Notes under the pieces: generated by a model
Seen by the model: only the letters and a program-made list of their open reading frames with translations
Told to the model about the DNA's origin: nothing
The model's database searches: none
Part shown: in pieces, positions 34,345 to 53,344 of the stretch
How positions within the stretch are numbered: position 1 is the stretch's first letter
Layout of the letters: each line of letters starts with the position of its first letter
Translations under genes and position numbers: made by a program
Assembly (NCBI RefSeq): GCF_009914755.1
Contig: NC_060930.1
Direction: 5' to 3' (one strand)
Length of the DNA stretch: 64,000 bases
Source: the human T2T-CHM13v2.0 reference genome, Homo sapiens

Positions 34345-36902
34345 AAGAGACCTTGGGGCTTAATGGAACATTGGTGATAATCTGTCAGTGCTCCTTGTGG
34401 CCTGAGATGGCAGTGGCTATGGTGTGAGGCTCCTCTCCCTTTAGTAAAAGGAGAGAAGAGTGGGAAGGGCTGCATCTTGCTGTCTGAGTGTCAGCTCAAC
34501 CACAATATGACATAACACAATATTATATAACAGGTGGAGTTCTAAGGTTTTTTACTTTAGTCCCTAACTCCTGGATGAAACTTCTGTACCCACCCAGAGC
34601 ATAGGGAACCTCACTGCTGTGAAGGGCAAGACAGAGGCCTTGTTTGCCACCTGCTGATTGTGGAGATCCAGGGCTTTAAGCAAACATAGACAGTAGCCAG
34701 AGAGTGGTTACAGCAGGCCTTGGAAAAGACCTAGCACTGCTCTGGCTTCAGGTCTGACTCAGAGCCGTCATAGTGGTGGGGGCCACAGGAGTGCTTGTGT
34801 CACTCCAGCTCCAGCTTTAGGTGGCTCAGAACAGAGAGAGAGAAAGATTCTGCATGTTTGGGACAAAGGAAGGGAACACGAGTGTCTGCCTGGTAAACCA
34901 GAAAACTCTCCTAGATTTTGTCCAAGACCACCAAGGATGTACCTCTACAAGTCTGCAGTACCACAGAATTACTGGGCTTGGTATGCCCCATAAAGCAGAT
35001 AGAGCTTAGATCTTTCAAATATCTGAAAAGTGTTTCCAAGAAGGATGGCTACAAGTAAATCCAGACAATGAAGACTACAATAAATACCTAACTCTTCAAT
35101 GCTCAGACTCTGAAGAACATCTCTCCTAGCATCAACACCATCCCCGAAAACATTACCTCAGCAAATGAAATAAGGCACCAGGTACCAATACTGGAGAAAC
35201 AGATATGTGACCTTTCAGACAGAGAATTAAAAATAGCCATGTTGAGAAAACTCAGAGAAATTCAGGATAACACAGAGAAGGAAATCAGAATGTTACCAGA
35301 TAAATTTAACAATGAAATTGAAATAATTCAAAAGAATGGAGCAAAAATTTTGGAGCTAGAAAATACAGTTGGCAAACAAAAGAATGCATCAGAGTCTCTC
35401 AAAAGCGGAATTGATCAAGCAGAAGAAAGAATTGTGAGCTTAAAAACAGGTGATTTGAAAATACACAGCCAGAGGAGACAAAAGAAAAAAGAATAAAAAC
35501 AATGAAGCATACATGTAGGATCTAGAAAATAGCCTCAAGAAGCCAAATCTAAGAGTTATTGTCCTTAAATAGGAGGTAGAGAAAGAGATAGGAGTAGATG
35601 GTTTATTCAAAGGGGTAATAATAGAGAACTTCCCAAACCTAAAGAAAAATATCAATATCCAAGTACAAAAAAGTTACAGAATACCAAGTAGGTTTAACCC
35701 AAAAAAACTACCTCAAGGCATTTAATAATCAGACTCCCCAAGGTCAAGGATGAAGAAAAGATTCTAAATGCAGCAGGAGAAGAGAAGCAAGTAACATACA
35801 ATGGAGCATCAATATGTCTGACAGCAGGCTTTTCAGTGGAAACTTTACAGGCCAGGAGAGACTAGCATGACATATTTCAAGTCATGCTTGAAGGAAAAAA
35901 TATTTTACCCTGGAATAGAATATCTGGTGAAAATATCCTTCAAACATGAAGGAGGTATAAAGACTTTCCCAGACAAACAAAAAGCTGAAGCATTTTATTA
36001 ATACCACACCTGCCCTACAGGAAATGCTAAAAGGAGCACTTTAATCAGAAAGAAAAGGACGTTAATGAGCAATAAGCAATCACCTGAAGTTATAAAGCTC
36101 AGTGGTAATAGGAAGTACACAGAAAAACACAGAATACTATAACACTGTAAGTGTGGTGTATAAACTACTCTTATCCTAAGTGGAAAGAATTAACAATGAA
36201 CCAATCAAAAAATAAGCATGACAACTTTTCAAGACACAACTCATACAATAAGATATAAATAGAAACAATAAAAAGTTAAAAAGCAGGGGGACGAAGTTCA
36301 GGTGTAGAGTTTTTAACAGTTTTCTTTTTGCTTATTTATTTGTGAAAATAATGTTGTTATCAGGTTAAGATAATGGGTTATGATAGTATTTGAAAGCCTC
36401 ATGGTAACCTCACACTATTAACCACGCAATGTCATATGCAAAAAAAATAAAGATAGGAAGAAAAATAATTTCACCAAAGACAATCAGGTTCACTAGAAGA
36501 AGACAGAAAAAAAAGAAGGCAGATAACACCACAAAGCAAACAGAAAACAGATAACAAAATGACAAGAGTAAGTTCTTACTTATCAGTAATAGCATTGAAT
36601 GTAAATGGACAAAAATCTCCAATCAAAAGAGATACATTGACAGAATAGGTGAATAAATAAGACATATTGATCTCATGCCTACAGGAAACACACTTCACCT
36701 GTAAAGACACACACAGACTGAAAATAAAGAGATAAAAAATGATATTCCATGCCAATGGAGCCAAAAAAGTCAGGAGATGCTATCCTTATGTCAGACCAAA
36801 TAGATTTCAAGACAAAACTATAAGATGAGACAAAAAAAGGTAACTATATAATGATAAAGGGGTCAAGTCAGCAAGCGTATATAACAACTTAAAATGTATG
36901 CT

Positions 36903-40874
<3,972 letters not shown>

Positions 40875-43231
40875 TGTCTGCACCATAGACCAAATTGATC
40901 TAACAGATATTTACAGAACATTTCATCCAAGAGCTGCAAATTACACATTCTTTTCCTCAGCACATGGATATTCTCTAGAATAGACAATATGTTAAGACAT
41001 AAACCAAGTCTTAAAACAATTTTAAAAACTAAAATAATATCAAGCATCTTCTGTTACCACAATGGAGTAAAACTGGAAATTAATAACAAGAGGAGTTTTG
41101 GAAACTATACAAATACATGTAAATTAAACAATATGTTCCTGAATGACCACTGGGTTCATGAAAAAATTAAGAAGAAAATTTTTTAAAAAATTTTAAACAA
41201 GTGATAATAGAAACAAATCATAACTACACCTAAGGGATACAGCGAAAGCAGTAAACAGAGGGAAGGCGATAGCTATAAGTGCCTACATGAAAAAAGAGAA
41301 AAATTTTGTAAATAAACAGTCTAATGATGCATCTTACGTAGAACTAGAAAAACAAGAGCAAACCAAAATTAGTAGAAAAAAAGAAATCATAAAGATGAGA
41401 GCAAAAATAAGTAAAATTGAGATGATGAATCATAAAAAAATTAATAAAACAAAAAGTTGGTTTCTTGAATACTTAAACAAAATTGATGAACCTTTAACCA
41501 GTCTGTGAAAATAATTAAGAAAATCCAAATAAATAAAATCAGAAATAAAAAAAGATCTATTACAACTGATACCACAGAAATTCCAAGGATAATTAATGGC
41601 TACTATGAGCAAATACATGCCAATATACTGGTAAATCCAGAAAAAATGAACAAATTTCTAGATACATGCAACCTATCAAAATTGAATTAGGAAGAAATTC
41701 AAAACCTGGAAAGACCAATAACAAGTTATAAGATCAAAGCCATAATAAAAAGCTTCCTAGTAAAGGAAAGCCCGGGACCCATGGCTTTACTTCTGAATTA
41801 TACCAAACATTTAAAGAAGAACTAATGTCAACCTTACTCAAACTATTCTGCAAAAAAAGGAGGGATTATTTTCAAACTTATTCTATGAGATTTCTATGAC
41901 CCTGATACCAAAACCAAAAACACTTAAAAAAAAAACTACTGACCAATATCTCTCATAAATATTGATACACATATCCCCAATAAAATACAAGAAAACCAAA
42001 TTCAACAATACATTAGAAAGATCACGCATCATGACCAAGTGGGTTTTATCCCTGATAAGCAAAGATGGTTTGATATATGCAAATCAATCAACATAATCCA
42101 TTATATCAACAGAATGAAGGATAAAAACCTTATAATTATTTAAATTGCTGAAAAAGCATCTGATAAAATTCAACATCCCTTAATAATAAATACCCTCAAA
42201 ATACTGGGTATATTAGAAACATACCTCAATGTAATATAAGCCACAATGACAGACCTACAGCTAGTATCATACTGAACTTGGAAAAACGGAAACCTTTCCT
42301 GCAAGATCTGGAACATGACAAGGATGTCCACTTTCACCACTTTTGTTTAACATAGTACTGGAATTCCTAACTAAACTAATCAGAGAAGGGGAAAAAAAAT
42401 AAACGGCATCTAAATTGTAAAAGAAGAATTGAAATTATCCTTGTTTGCTGAAAATATGATCTTATATTTGGAAAAACTTAAAGACTCCACAAGAAAAATA
42501 TTAGAACTGATAAATTTAGTCAAGTTATAGAATACAAAATCAACATACAAAAGTTAGTAGCATTTCTATATGCTGACAGTGAAAAATGTGAAGAAGAATT
42601 TAAAAAATTATATTTATAATAGCCACACATAAAATAAAATACATAGAAAATAACCAGGAAAGTGAAAGATCTCTATAATGAAAACAATAAAAGACTAATG
42701 AAAGAATTGAAGAAGACACCAAAAAATGTAAAAATATTCCATGTTCATGGATCAGAAGAATAAATATTGTTGAAATGTCCATATTACCCAAAGCAATCTA
42801 CAGATTCATTGCAATTCCTATCAAAATACTAATGACGTTCTTCACAGAAATAGAAACAAACAATCCTAAAAATTATATAAAATCACAAAAGACTCAGAAT
42901 AGCCAAAGCTATCCTAAGCAAAAAGTACAAAAGTGGAGGAATCATATTACCCGGCTTCAAATTATAGTATAGAGCTGTAGTAACCAAAATAGCATGGTAC
43001 TGGCAGAAAAACAGGCACATAGATGAATGGAATAGAATAGAGAATCCAGAAACATATCTGCACACTTACAGCTAACTCATTTTTGACAAAGATGCCAAAA
43101 ATATTCACTGGAGAAAAGACATTTTCTTCAATAAATGGTGCTGGGAAAACTGGATATCCACATTCAGAAGAATGAAACTGAACCCCTATCTCTCGCCACA
43201 GTCAAAAATCAAATCAAAATGGATTAAAGAC

Positions 43232-43269
43232 ATGTACCCTAAAACTTAAAGTATAATTAAAAAAAAAAA
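43232..43269 (+). mobile_element. Ultra-short L1PA 3' terminal insertion
   Basis: ATGTACCCTAAAACTTAAAGTATAAT plus A tail between AAAGAC repeats (43226-43231 and 43270-43275) in host L1MA sequence GGATTAAAGAC|TTATATCTAAGACC. Confidence 0.85.
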
Positions 43270-44229
43270 AAAGACTTATATCTAAGACCGGAAACCATGA
43301 AATTAACTACCAGGAAACATTGGGGAAATTTGCCAGGACATTGGTAAGGGCGAAGATTTCTTGAGCAATAACCCATAAGCTCAGGCAACCAAAGCAAACA
43401 TGGACAAATGGGATCACATCAAGTTAGAAAGCTTCTGCACAGCAAAGAATACAATCAACAAAGTGAAGAGACAATCCAGAGAGTGGAAGAAAATATTTGC
43501 AAACTATCCCTCTGAGAAGGGATTAATAATTGTATAAGGAGTTCAAACAACTTTAGGATAAAATCTAATAATTCAATTTAAATAATGGCCAAAAGATTTG
43601 AATAGACATTTCTCAAAAGACATATGAATGGCAAACAAGCATATGAAAAAGTGCTCAAAATCATTGATCACCAGATAAATGCAAATCAAAACTACAATGA
43701 GATCTAATCTCACCCCAATTAAGATAGTTTGGATCCAAAAGAAAAGCAACAAGTGCTAGTGAGGATGTGGAGAAAAAGGAAGCCTCATATAATATTGGAA
43801 GGAACGTAAATTAGTACAACCATTATGGAGAACAGTTTGGAAGTTCCTCAAAAAGCTACAAATTTAGCTACCATAAGATGTGGCAGTGTCACTGCTGAGT
43901 ATTAACCCCCCAAAAAGGGAAATCAGTGCATCAAAGAGATATGTGCACTCCTATGCTTGTTGAAATACTGTTTACAATAGCTAAGATTTGGAAGAAACCT
44001 ATGTGTATATCAACAGATAAATGGATTTTTTAAAATGTCGTACATATACACAATGGAGTACTTTTCAGCCATAAAAAAATGAGATTCTGTCCTTTGCAAC
44101 AATATGGATGGAACTGGAGATCATTATGTTAAATGAAATAAGTCAGGCACAGAAAGACAAACATTGAATGTTCTCTCTTATTTGTGGGATCTAAAAACCA
44201 AAACAATTGAACTCAAAAAAGCTGTGCTT

Positions 44230-44400
44230 TTTGGAAGGCAGCTTAGACATTGGCATTAGACCAAGTTGACTTAGAATTTGTACTCTAATTCACTACGTGT
44301 GTGCAATCCTCAAATACCCACTTGATTTCTCCAGGTCAAATATTCTCATCCATAAGCTAGAAAAATTATACTAATATCCATAGTTATTTTAACCTTATAA
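44230..44400 (+). mobile_element. MIR fragment
   Basis: TTAGAATTTGTACTCTAATTCACTACGTGTGTGCAATCCT...TTCTCATCCATAAG; diverged MIR core. Confidence 0.4.
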
Positions 44401-45329
44401 TAATAGACTTTCAAAAAATGTTAATTTCTCCCCTTCCTTCCCTAATCTTCCAGAGCTGTAGTTTTGAAAGCTGAGAAATGGCCTTCGTCTGCTAGGAAAG
44501 GTATGTTTAAGTGTACTAGATAAGTGGGAAGGGTTCTAGATAGGTTTCATGGGATATGTGGTAGAGGAGGCAAAAAAAAAAAAAAAGATGAATAAAGTAA
44601 TTGTCTAGATTTTGTGAGAGTTCAGCTGAGCTTGAAAAAGTGTGAATTCAGAGAGACAGTAGCTTACTAATCACAACCCGAGATACTGTCTTCTTAATGG
44701 CATCTTTATGACTCTAGATAGGTATCTCGTTCCCTGAAGAGGTAATAATGTATAAAAACCAGGAGTGGCCAAGACCCTGGAATAAGCCTGCCTGCTCAAA
44801 GAGTACATAACCAACAATATATTGCTTTGTGTGAGCTGTTACAGATAAGCCCTCCAATAATCCTTAGGGATTCATGTTTTATTTCAGATCATGAGTTTTA
44901 AATCATGCACAATTTCTCAAAAGACAATTGTGCTATCTCCTTGACCAGTGAGTCACTTACACACTTTTAGCTGGTTGACAGCATTTTGTGACTGAAATGT
45001 AAGAAATTAATGCTATTTAGAAAGATAAGATAACTTTTATTTTCCCTCTTTAATACTTATGAAGCTTAGCTTGCCAGGGGAAAACATATTATTTAGGCAT
45101 CTGTAATTGAATGGAAGATGAAGTTTCTCCATGTTTAATGAGAAGATGCAGTGCAGCCCATGAAGACAGGGTTTATGCTCTGGGCTGCTTATGCCCTAAA
45201 TGGTTACATTAATAATAACCAAGGTTTGGAAATCTCCTCAGGCAAGCATATGTTGTATGTAACTCACAGAATAGAAGAACATAATAACTCATGTAGTCTC
45301 CAAACTTGCCTTTAGAAGTTAGAGGAATA

Positions 45330-45369
45330 CATGTGCACATGTACCCTAAAACTTAAAGTATAATTTAAA

Positions 45370-45400
<31 letters not shown>
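45330..45400 (+). mobile_element. Ultra-short L1PA 3' terminal insertion with a perfect TSD
   Basis: CATGTGCACATGTACCCTAAAACTTAAAGTATAAT plus (AAAT)n; 16-bp TSD AGAAGTTAGAGGAATA at 45314-45329 and 45401-45416. Confidence 0.93.
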
Positions 45401-48109
45401 AGAAGTTAGAGGAATAACGGGGGCAAGGAAGTTGTTTTTGGCAGGTGAGAGAAAGGCTTTTCTGCCACTGGGAAAATGTTGCTTCTCTTTAGAGAAAAAA
45501 AAAAAATGTTGCCTTATTTACAATTGTGTAACATTGAAACAGAATTAAATTTGTACTATACATTTTCTGCCCTAAGGACTTGTTTTTTTAAAGGTAAGCG
45601 TTGAAACGCATGGCATTAGAAATAAGCAAAATAAACTTTTTAATATTGATTTTATTTAATATGCTTTATTTAAATATTCATGACTTGAAAACAAATGCAA
45701 ATATATACAAAATAAAAAACTATAAACTGCTGGCAGGCTGACATTGGACTAATAATAGCAATATCCTACCCATTTAGTTTATTTGATCATTTGATCCTCA
45801 AAATAACTTTATAAGGTGAATAGGATTCTGTGTGTTAAATTTGAAAAGATTCAGGATTAGTAAGGCAAATTAACTTTCCCACATCAAAAATCAGCAGAGA
45901 CTAAGGAAGAATTCAAATTTACACTCTTAACATAAATATATTGTGTATATGTATATATGTATATATACATAGCAGATATAGATGCAATATTTATTGCAAA
46001 TACATTGAAACAAATATACATTATTGTATGATATACTATTGATTTTTATTCCCTAAATTTCATATCCTCCACCTTAATTACACTCTTTCAAGTGGCGAAA
46101 TAAAGCAGACATACTATCAATAGGAACATCTTGCATTTGTGGCCAAGTAGATATGAAAGCTATTTTAAAGAACAGAATTAAAAATACTTGGTATGTACAT
46201 TTTTAATGCTTGGATTTGTTCCAGTCAATTTGAAGAATGGCTAAAGGTAAGCTTGTATTAACTAAAAATAATTTTACTTTTAAGGAATTCAATTTAGCTC
46301 TATGTTTGTTTCTTCTAAACAAAAGCTGATCTCTATTTACCATCAAATAGACTAGTAGATTAGCTAGATTATGAAATTTATATATGAGAAAATCAGTCAT
46401 TTCTTACCCTGTATTGTTCTGATTTTATTATTTTTTCCACAAGTGTATATATGTATATGTGTATATTATATATGTGTATGTATTTATACTATATATGTAT
46501 GCATATGTATATCCTGTAAAATACAAAGCCCACAAAGGAAGCTTCAAATGAGAGATCACTTAGAGCTACAGAGTACTGTGCTGATGATGTATCTTGCAAA
46601 AATAAAATACAGAGTCTGTTCCCATATTTTTAGGTCAATAAATCCACTAGTGAAAATGGATCAGAGATTGTTACTATAGAGGACTAACTCATACTAACTA
46701 AAAGTACAGGAATTCAATACACTATCAAGCACATTATTTTTTTATGGTGACATGCAAATTTAACTGAAGAATGGGATGCTTTTGCCAACTTTCCAGTGAT
46801 TTGTATCTCTTGAAAGGTTACAAGGAGATATAAAATTAGCAGTAATTTAATTAAATATTTATTGATCATTTTATCAATACCAAATATTTTTATGTGGCTT
46901 GAAAAGTTTAAAACTTGAACAAATTAATGAGATTAATTCAGTAGAGGATAATTTATTTAATGAATATTTTTTGCAATACTAAATAATAACAACTTAGGTT
47001 TTTTATATCAGTCACCTAACTTCAAAATATTGAATTATTTGGCTTTCTTTCATTTTGCTTTAAATTCTCATAATGCATTCCTAGGCATGAAGTTCGTACA
47101 ATAATTCCAGATTTTATCTGGGAGATACCTCCATCATGATCACATTAGCTTCCATCTTTTAACTTGTTATTTAAGTGGTCAGTTTTTTTTTTTTCTGAAT
47201 ATGTTTGATTTAATCTGTTAGGAAGGTTTGGGTATTTTTTTTCTCCCAAATCTTAAGAGAATATCACTTTTCATTTTATCACAAAATTCTGGGTTAACCT
47301 TTGTGAAACGATTATGCTTTGATTGAGTATGTTCTCTGTATGTGAATGTTTGTGCCTCTTTCTATTTCCGTAGTTTAAATAATTCAAATATATACCCAAA
47401 ATGAATCAAACAAGTTATTCAAGATTTGAATTCATAACAATTTTTGAAGATGACCTACATTACATATTGGTAGGTAGTATGTAGTTTAGGCCTCATGATC
47501 TTTGAGAAAATCTATTTCCAGATTTATGTCTAAAAATTTAATTATTACACATTTTTTTCATAAAGAAGAATTCTAAAGTCTCCATGTAGCTGTTCATTTG
47601 GCGTTTTATTTTATATTTAATCACCATTTTCTTTAATAGGGCTGTACATTTTATGATTACATACTCTGATAATTGATGCCATTTTATCTTGCCTTAATAC
47701 ACAGTAATTTGTTATTTATGGATATATGAAACACATTATTTTGCTGAATAAATCTTCAAGCATGAGCTTCAATTATACGAATTACAAGACAATTGGAATT
47801 GCATAGATATAACTGCACTCTACAGAGTAACACTGAGCCTTTGCCCTTCCTAGCTGGACATAGGATTCTTGGGATGTAGCAAAATTCACGGAAAACATAG
47901 GAACTACAAGTCAGATAATAAATGTTTCAAAGTAAATTAACTTTAAATATGTTAGGATGATGAAGAACATAAGAAGAATAGTGAGAATCGGTAATAGCAG
48001 CAGGTTTGGGACTGGTAGGAATTGGTAGAGTCGGGTTAAAAGCTGACAAGCACACAAGCTTGTCATGTTGAAGGAACTGAAAGAAAAGCAGTCTTGCTAG
48101 TAAACAAGT

Positions 48110-48570
48110 TGTGTTGATTCTTTAGGTGATGTAACAAATTACCACAAACTTAGTGAATTTAAAAAAAATACACTTATTGTTTAATAGTTTCTGTGAGTCA
48201 GAAGTCCTGGAAGAGCTTATCTGGGTCCTCTGTGAGACTGCAGTAAAGTTTTTGACCAGGACTGAGTTATCTCCTGTCGACTGAATTGGGGAAGGGTCCA
48301 CTTTTAAGCTCACTCAGGTTTTTTGCAGGATTTATTTTCTTGGAAATGTAAGATTCACTGAAGCTTGCTTCTTTAAAGTCATCTAGAATAAAAATACTTT
48401 AAGTGAGAAAACAAGATGAAGCTTTAATTAGCATAACAGAATCGAAAGGTTCATATTCCATCATCTTTGTCATATTCTATTGGTGAGAAGGAAGTCACCA
48501 ATCCTGTCAACACTGTAAGAAAAGGGACTATACAAGGGTGGGAGGTGAAAAATATTGGAGCCACCCAAAC
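48110..48570 (-). mobile_element. MLT1E/F-like MaLR LTR, probably within an L2 relic
   Basis: TGTAACAAATTACCACAAACTTAGTG...TTTCTGTGAGTCAGAAG...CATATTCTATTGGT...GTCAC. Confidence 0.75.
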
Positions 48571-51500
48571 GGGGGTGCAAAATATGCAATATTTATGAAC
48601 AAATGGTTAAAGGATAGATAATATTGACCCACGTTAACAACAATAAAATATTTTATTGATTTTAAGAAGACTTTGCAAGGCTTTTGGCAGGAGATTGGCA
48701 TGACCCAATGTGCCTTTTAAAAAGTAGATTTTGGATATATCAAACTGGTCATTAGACAACTTACTTTACCTCCTCCCCCTTATGATGAGAAAAAAAAAAT
48801 TCTAATTTAATTATAGAAATACAAAAGGAATTATGAAGTAATCTCAGGAGTTATGAAAGATTAATATGTTAGGCTATATGCATGCACTCTTCTATTTAGT
48901 TCCTACAATAGACCTGGAAATTAAATACTATGACATCCTATTAAATGTAAGATAATTGGGGCATAAAATAGTATTGTTTTGCCTGGTATCATAGGCTAGT
49001 AACAAGCTATGCCTACATTTGAATATAGAGTTATATTTTACCCTCTTTAACCATGCCTTTCCCAAGGAATCAAGCTTTAATACCAATTAGCTTTCTACAA
49101 ATTTTCAATTTAATAGTAGTACTTTCCCAAAGCTGAGAAATAGAGAAAAAATTTTTTTTGAGAAATCCTGGACGATCTTGAGTGCATAACTGTATATCTG
49201 AATCCAGGCTTTCTTCAAAATGTATTTGGAATTTTAAAAGTCAATTATTTATAAACCCCTATGATTCTAAACTCCTATGATTCAATTACTTATAAACTCC
49301 TATTCTAGTCACAGAATCTTGCTAACTAAAGGTATTCAATAGATTTTAAATGATAGCAACTTATTGAAATTCTACTTTTAATAATATTGGCAATATTCAG
49401 GTACTTGTTAGGTCACCTATCATTATGTACTGTATTGTTGAATCATAAAATACGTATGAAAATATTATTTTATTCCCATTTTTAAACAATAAATTTAATA
49501 TAGAATCACAAAATCTTTAAAAAATTGAAATTTAGAAGTCTTAATGGCATCCTTTACAGATATTGTCATTATAATACTTAAATAATATTTAAATAATATC
49601 TAAATAATATTTTTTAAACTCATGAGAAAATGTATATATATTTGGACTCATTTGTTCATTAACAAAAAAATTTATATATGTGTATATGATTGACATATTT
49701 ATTTTCCAAGAGACTGATGAGGGTAGTTATTTTCTACACATATAAGCAAATGGTCAGTAGTACAATCAGTATAATGAAAATGATGATAACTAATATGTAT
49801 TTAGATTTTATTATATACAAATATTGAAATAATAAATGTTTAATGTATGGGTTATTTAAATAATTTCATAATCATAGTTACTTGCTACTATATTGATTAT
49901 GAGGATTTAATAATATCAATCAGCCTAGGATGTGTATCTAGTAAGAAGTTGAGTTAAAACGTAATTACTGGGTCTCTTAAGCATTATCTGTGCACCATAC
50001 TGAGTATTCAAGATATATCAATAGTAGTATAGACAGATGGTTGTTTCCATACCGTTTCTCTTAATTTAGGGATCATTATATTTGAGAAAAGTATACCTAG
50101 AAGCTCTGAGCAGTCTACACAAAAGAGATCAAAGATAGCCTGTTGCATATTTTGGTACTACCTCTTCCCACAGTTGCCCATAACATTCATCACTGATCCA
50201 TCAAAATTAGTCAAACTGAGCCACAATAGAGTCTTAAATTTGTTTTGAATAGAGTGGAAATTCAATTACTACACAAGACCAAAGTTAGAAAATGCAAGAG
50301 AATACATTGGTCATTCTTGAACTAAACTGTAACTATTCATACTTTTTCTCCATCAGCACAAAACCATTGAAAACAGGAACTGATAAAACTTAAGGAAACA
50401 TCCTAGAATTTCTCTGTGGGAATAATGGAATTCAGTGGGGGATGAGGGGCCAGTGCTCTCTCCAAGTCTCTTATTCTAATTTTCTTTCACAAATGTGAAA
50501 GAATTAGATATTGAAGATCACCTGATGAAAGGCAGTCTTATTTGTTTTTAGCTATGGTTTCAGAACAAAACAGCTTAAACACTTTTGAAAATGTATATAA
50601 AACTGTCTCTAAGCAAATTAATCCATATTTGTGCCCTTGGGGAAAGCAACATTTCAAATGTCCAGTTCATAATTAAGCTATTTATAACTACTTTATATAC
50701 CTATGTATTATTAAACATAATGCACAGGGACTTAGTTTTGTATGTGTATATATTTTCACTTTTTTCACACTCTAAAATATTTTTAATGTGAAAACTACAG
50801 GCAATTTTCAAACGTTAACAAAAATTTACATCTCATAACTTGAATAACTCCCTTCATTTTTATTTTTAGAAGGTGAATGTCATATCTTGAAATTTTGAAA
50901 AAATAATTGCCAAATAATACTTTAAGTTGATGTAATTTAATTGTTTTTGATTTAACAAATATTTATTGAACTTTTACTGTATCCAAAATTTGACACTAGA
51001 CATCTTAAAATGGTAGAATTTAATTTAAATCATTAAAATGTTATTCAATTCTTCTACCTTTTCTGTAAACCCAGCAATTGAATGCTGTTGTTTTCTTCTG
51101 ACCTCAATTAAGCAAAATGTCAGAAAGTCATAGGATTTCTGTCTAGTCTAAGTTGTACCAGTCTGAAAAGCAGATAAATATAAATATAGATGAAAGCTCT
51201 GAAAATGTTTTCCTTCTATCCAACACAAGTGATGCTAAATAGCAATAAGTTTTAATCAACAGAACAGATTGTATTTATTTGGACTGCAATTTGATATTTG
51301 AAGGAAAAGTCTCAATTTCCAATATTTTATTTCATTTTTACCTTTGAGCTCATGATCTCTTTCTGGTCAAAAAACTTGCTACGAAAGGATTCCATTGCTT
51401 AGTGCCATGTGCCCTCATGTGCTTAGTTTATGAAATGCATGGCTTGAAGTCATCCAATCAAATGCATGGCATGAGGTCACATTCTAATACAAAACATTAA

Positions 51501-52129
51501 AAGTTGTAATCTAATTATATTTCCTGATATGGTGTGTAGATATATAGATATATCCAGAGATATATCTATATGTATGTGTGTATGTGTCTGTGTCTGTGTG
51601 TATAACATACACATATATGTGTGTATATAGGTATACAACTACATATGGAAATGTAAAAATGGAAAGGACAAAATCACCATAGTTATTCATTTTTTAAGCA
51701 TAATTTAAACGTAAGAGGGATAATGAAATTTACCAATCAATAATAAACTCTTCTGAAGAAGTTTCTATTTCTTGAGGGAATAAAAGAAATATTCTTTGTT
51801 TGTTTTTTACTTACAGCCTATTGACCAAATTAGACTGACTTTAGAGTGATTTTTGTGTCTTATTATCAATCTCCTTGATTGGTTGAGATAATGTTGAAAA
51901 AGATTGAATCAGTAAAATCAAGGTGTTCTCAGAAAGGTTTTCCATAAGCCATCTGCACTGTGGTTGATATATTAATTACATAATATCTCCATAGAAATAG
52001 AAATGAATGGTGGAATAACCTATCTCCATCAAGCTGGGAGTTCTCAATTATTAATATTTTTAATATTATTTATAACTTTTAATTATGCTTTATGTTTTCT
52101 GAACCACTAAAAATGTTGCCTTGAATGTA

Positions 52130-52455
52130 TGTGTATACATATGTACAAAGCTATATTTCATACATATACTAAATATATAAAATATTGTTTTATATATGTA
52201 TATGTACATTTTGTATATATACAACATATATGTGTATAAAATATAGTTCTATATAAATATATGTATATATGTAGTATATATGAAATAGGAATCTCTTCAG
52301 AAGTTTATTAGCAATTTGTGAGCTTCATTGTCTGTCTCACACATATATATTTATGTATATGTATATGTGCATACTTATACATATGGTATATATAGATATA
52401 TCTATATACTATATGTGTGACATATATACATATATACACACACACACACACATAA
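52130..52455. repeat. Low-complexity (TA)/(CA)-rich tract
   Basis: Degenerate TATATG and CACACA runs; similar tracts at about 28440-28565, 46445-46510 and 51540-51650. Confidence 0.8.
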
Positions 52456-52476
52456 AATGTAGTTTGAATGTGTGTG

Positions 52477-52619
52477 TGTAGAGATGGAGTCTCATTATAT
52501 TACCCAGGATGGACTCAAATACCTGGCCTAAAGTGCCTCAAACTCCTGGGCTCAAGTGATCCTCCTGCCTCAGTCTCCCAAATAGGTGGGATTACAGGCA
52601 TATGTCATCACACTCAGCT
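52477..52619 (-). mobile_element. Alu monomer (FLAM or AluJ fragment)
   Basis: GTAGAGATGGAGTCTCA...AACTCCTGGGCTCAAGTGATCCTCCTGCCTCAG...GGGATTACAGGCA. Confidence 0.8.
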
Positions 52620-52869
52620 TGAAGTTATACTTAAAATTTGAATAACTATAGTAAATATGCCCCTTGCATTTTTATATTTATTTAGAGCAAGAAAAAATCT
52701 CTGTGCCACCCTGTGCATTTAAGCTAGTTTGCAAATGATAACTCTATTATTAGCTTGCATTGGTGTACTGAATGTACATAACAGCTATCTTTCTGAAAAG
52801 ATCGGTTTACACAGATCTAAATGATGATGATGACAATAATAATGATGGTGGTGGTGGTAATAAAGAGTT

Positions 52870-53070
52870 TAATTACATTATTTCAGGTGTAGTATATGCC
52901 AGTCACTTTATCAACCATTTCCCATGCTTTTCTCATTGAAAATGAGATAGGTATTATTATTATTTCATTTTCCAGTTGAAAAATAAAATTCAGAGGGGTT
53001 AAGTTACATACGGCTCATGAGATAAAATCCTACTGAGAGCAGGATTCCAAGTCTGTTCAGCCCTAGAAGT
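52870..53070 (-). mobile_element. MIR fragment
   Basis: TGAGATAGGTATTATTATT...CATTTTCCAGTTGAAAAA...CAGAGGGGTTAAGT. Confidence 0.65.
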
Positions 53071-53344
53071 TTAAAATAACGACTATTTTAAACAAGCTTT
53101 TTATCACTAGCTGTTATCATATCTTGTGAAAGAGAAAATGATCATTATCAGAGAATTCTTTTTTATGACAAAAATCTTTTGGGGATGGAAATAACCACAA
53201 CCTAATTGCATGTGTGCAGGCTGGACCTTATATGTAAGGATAATATTTTTCAATTCAAATTTCATAAAGTAATAGAGATACTATGTTGTTTTTAAGAATA
53301 TATACATATATACATAGCTTACTTTTACTACTTTTTAAGTGTGT

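Noticed and set aside
44454-44500. Plus-strand exon-like segment (cttccag / AAG|gtatgt; AVVLKAEKWPSSARK) and another at 46225-46246
   Set aside because: The splice sites are good, but the phases do not chain (ends phase 1, next needs phase 2). They show pseudo-exons arise by chance here, which is why the minus-strand chain gets only moderate confidence.
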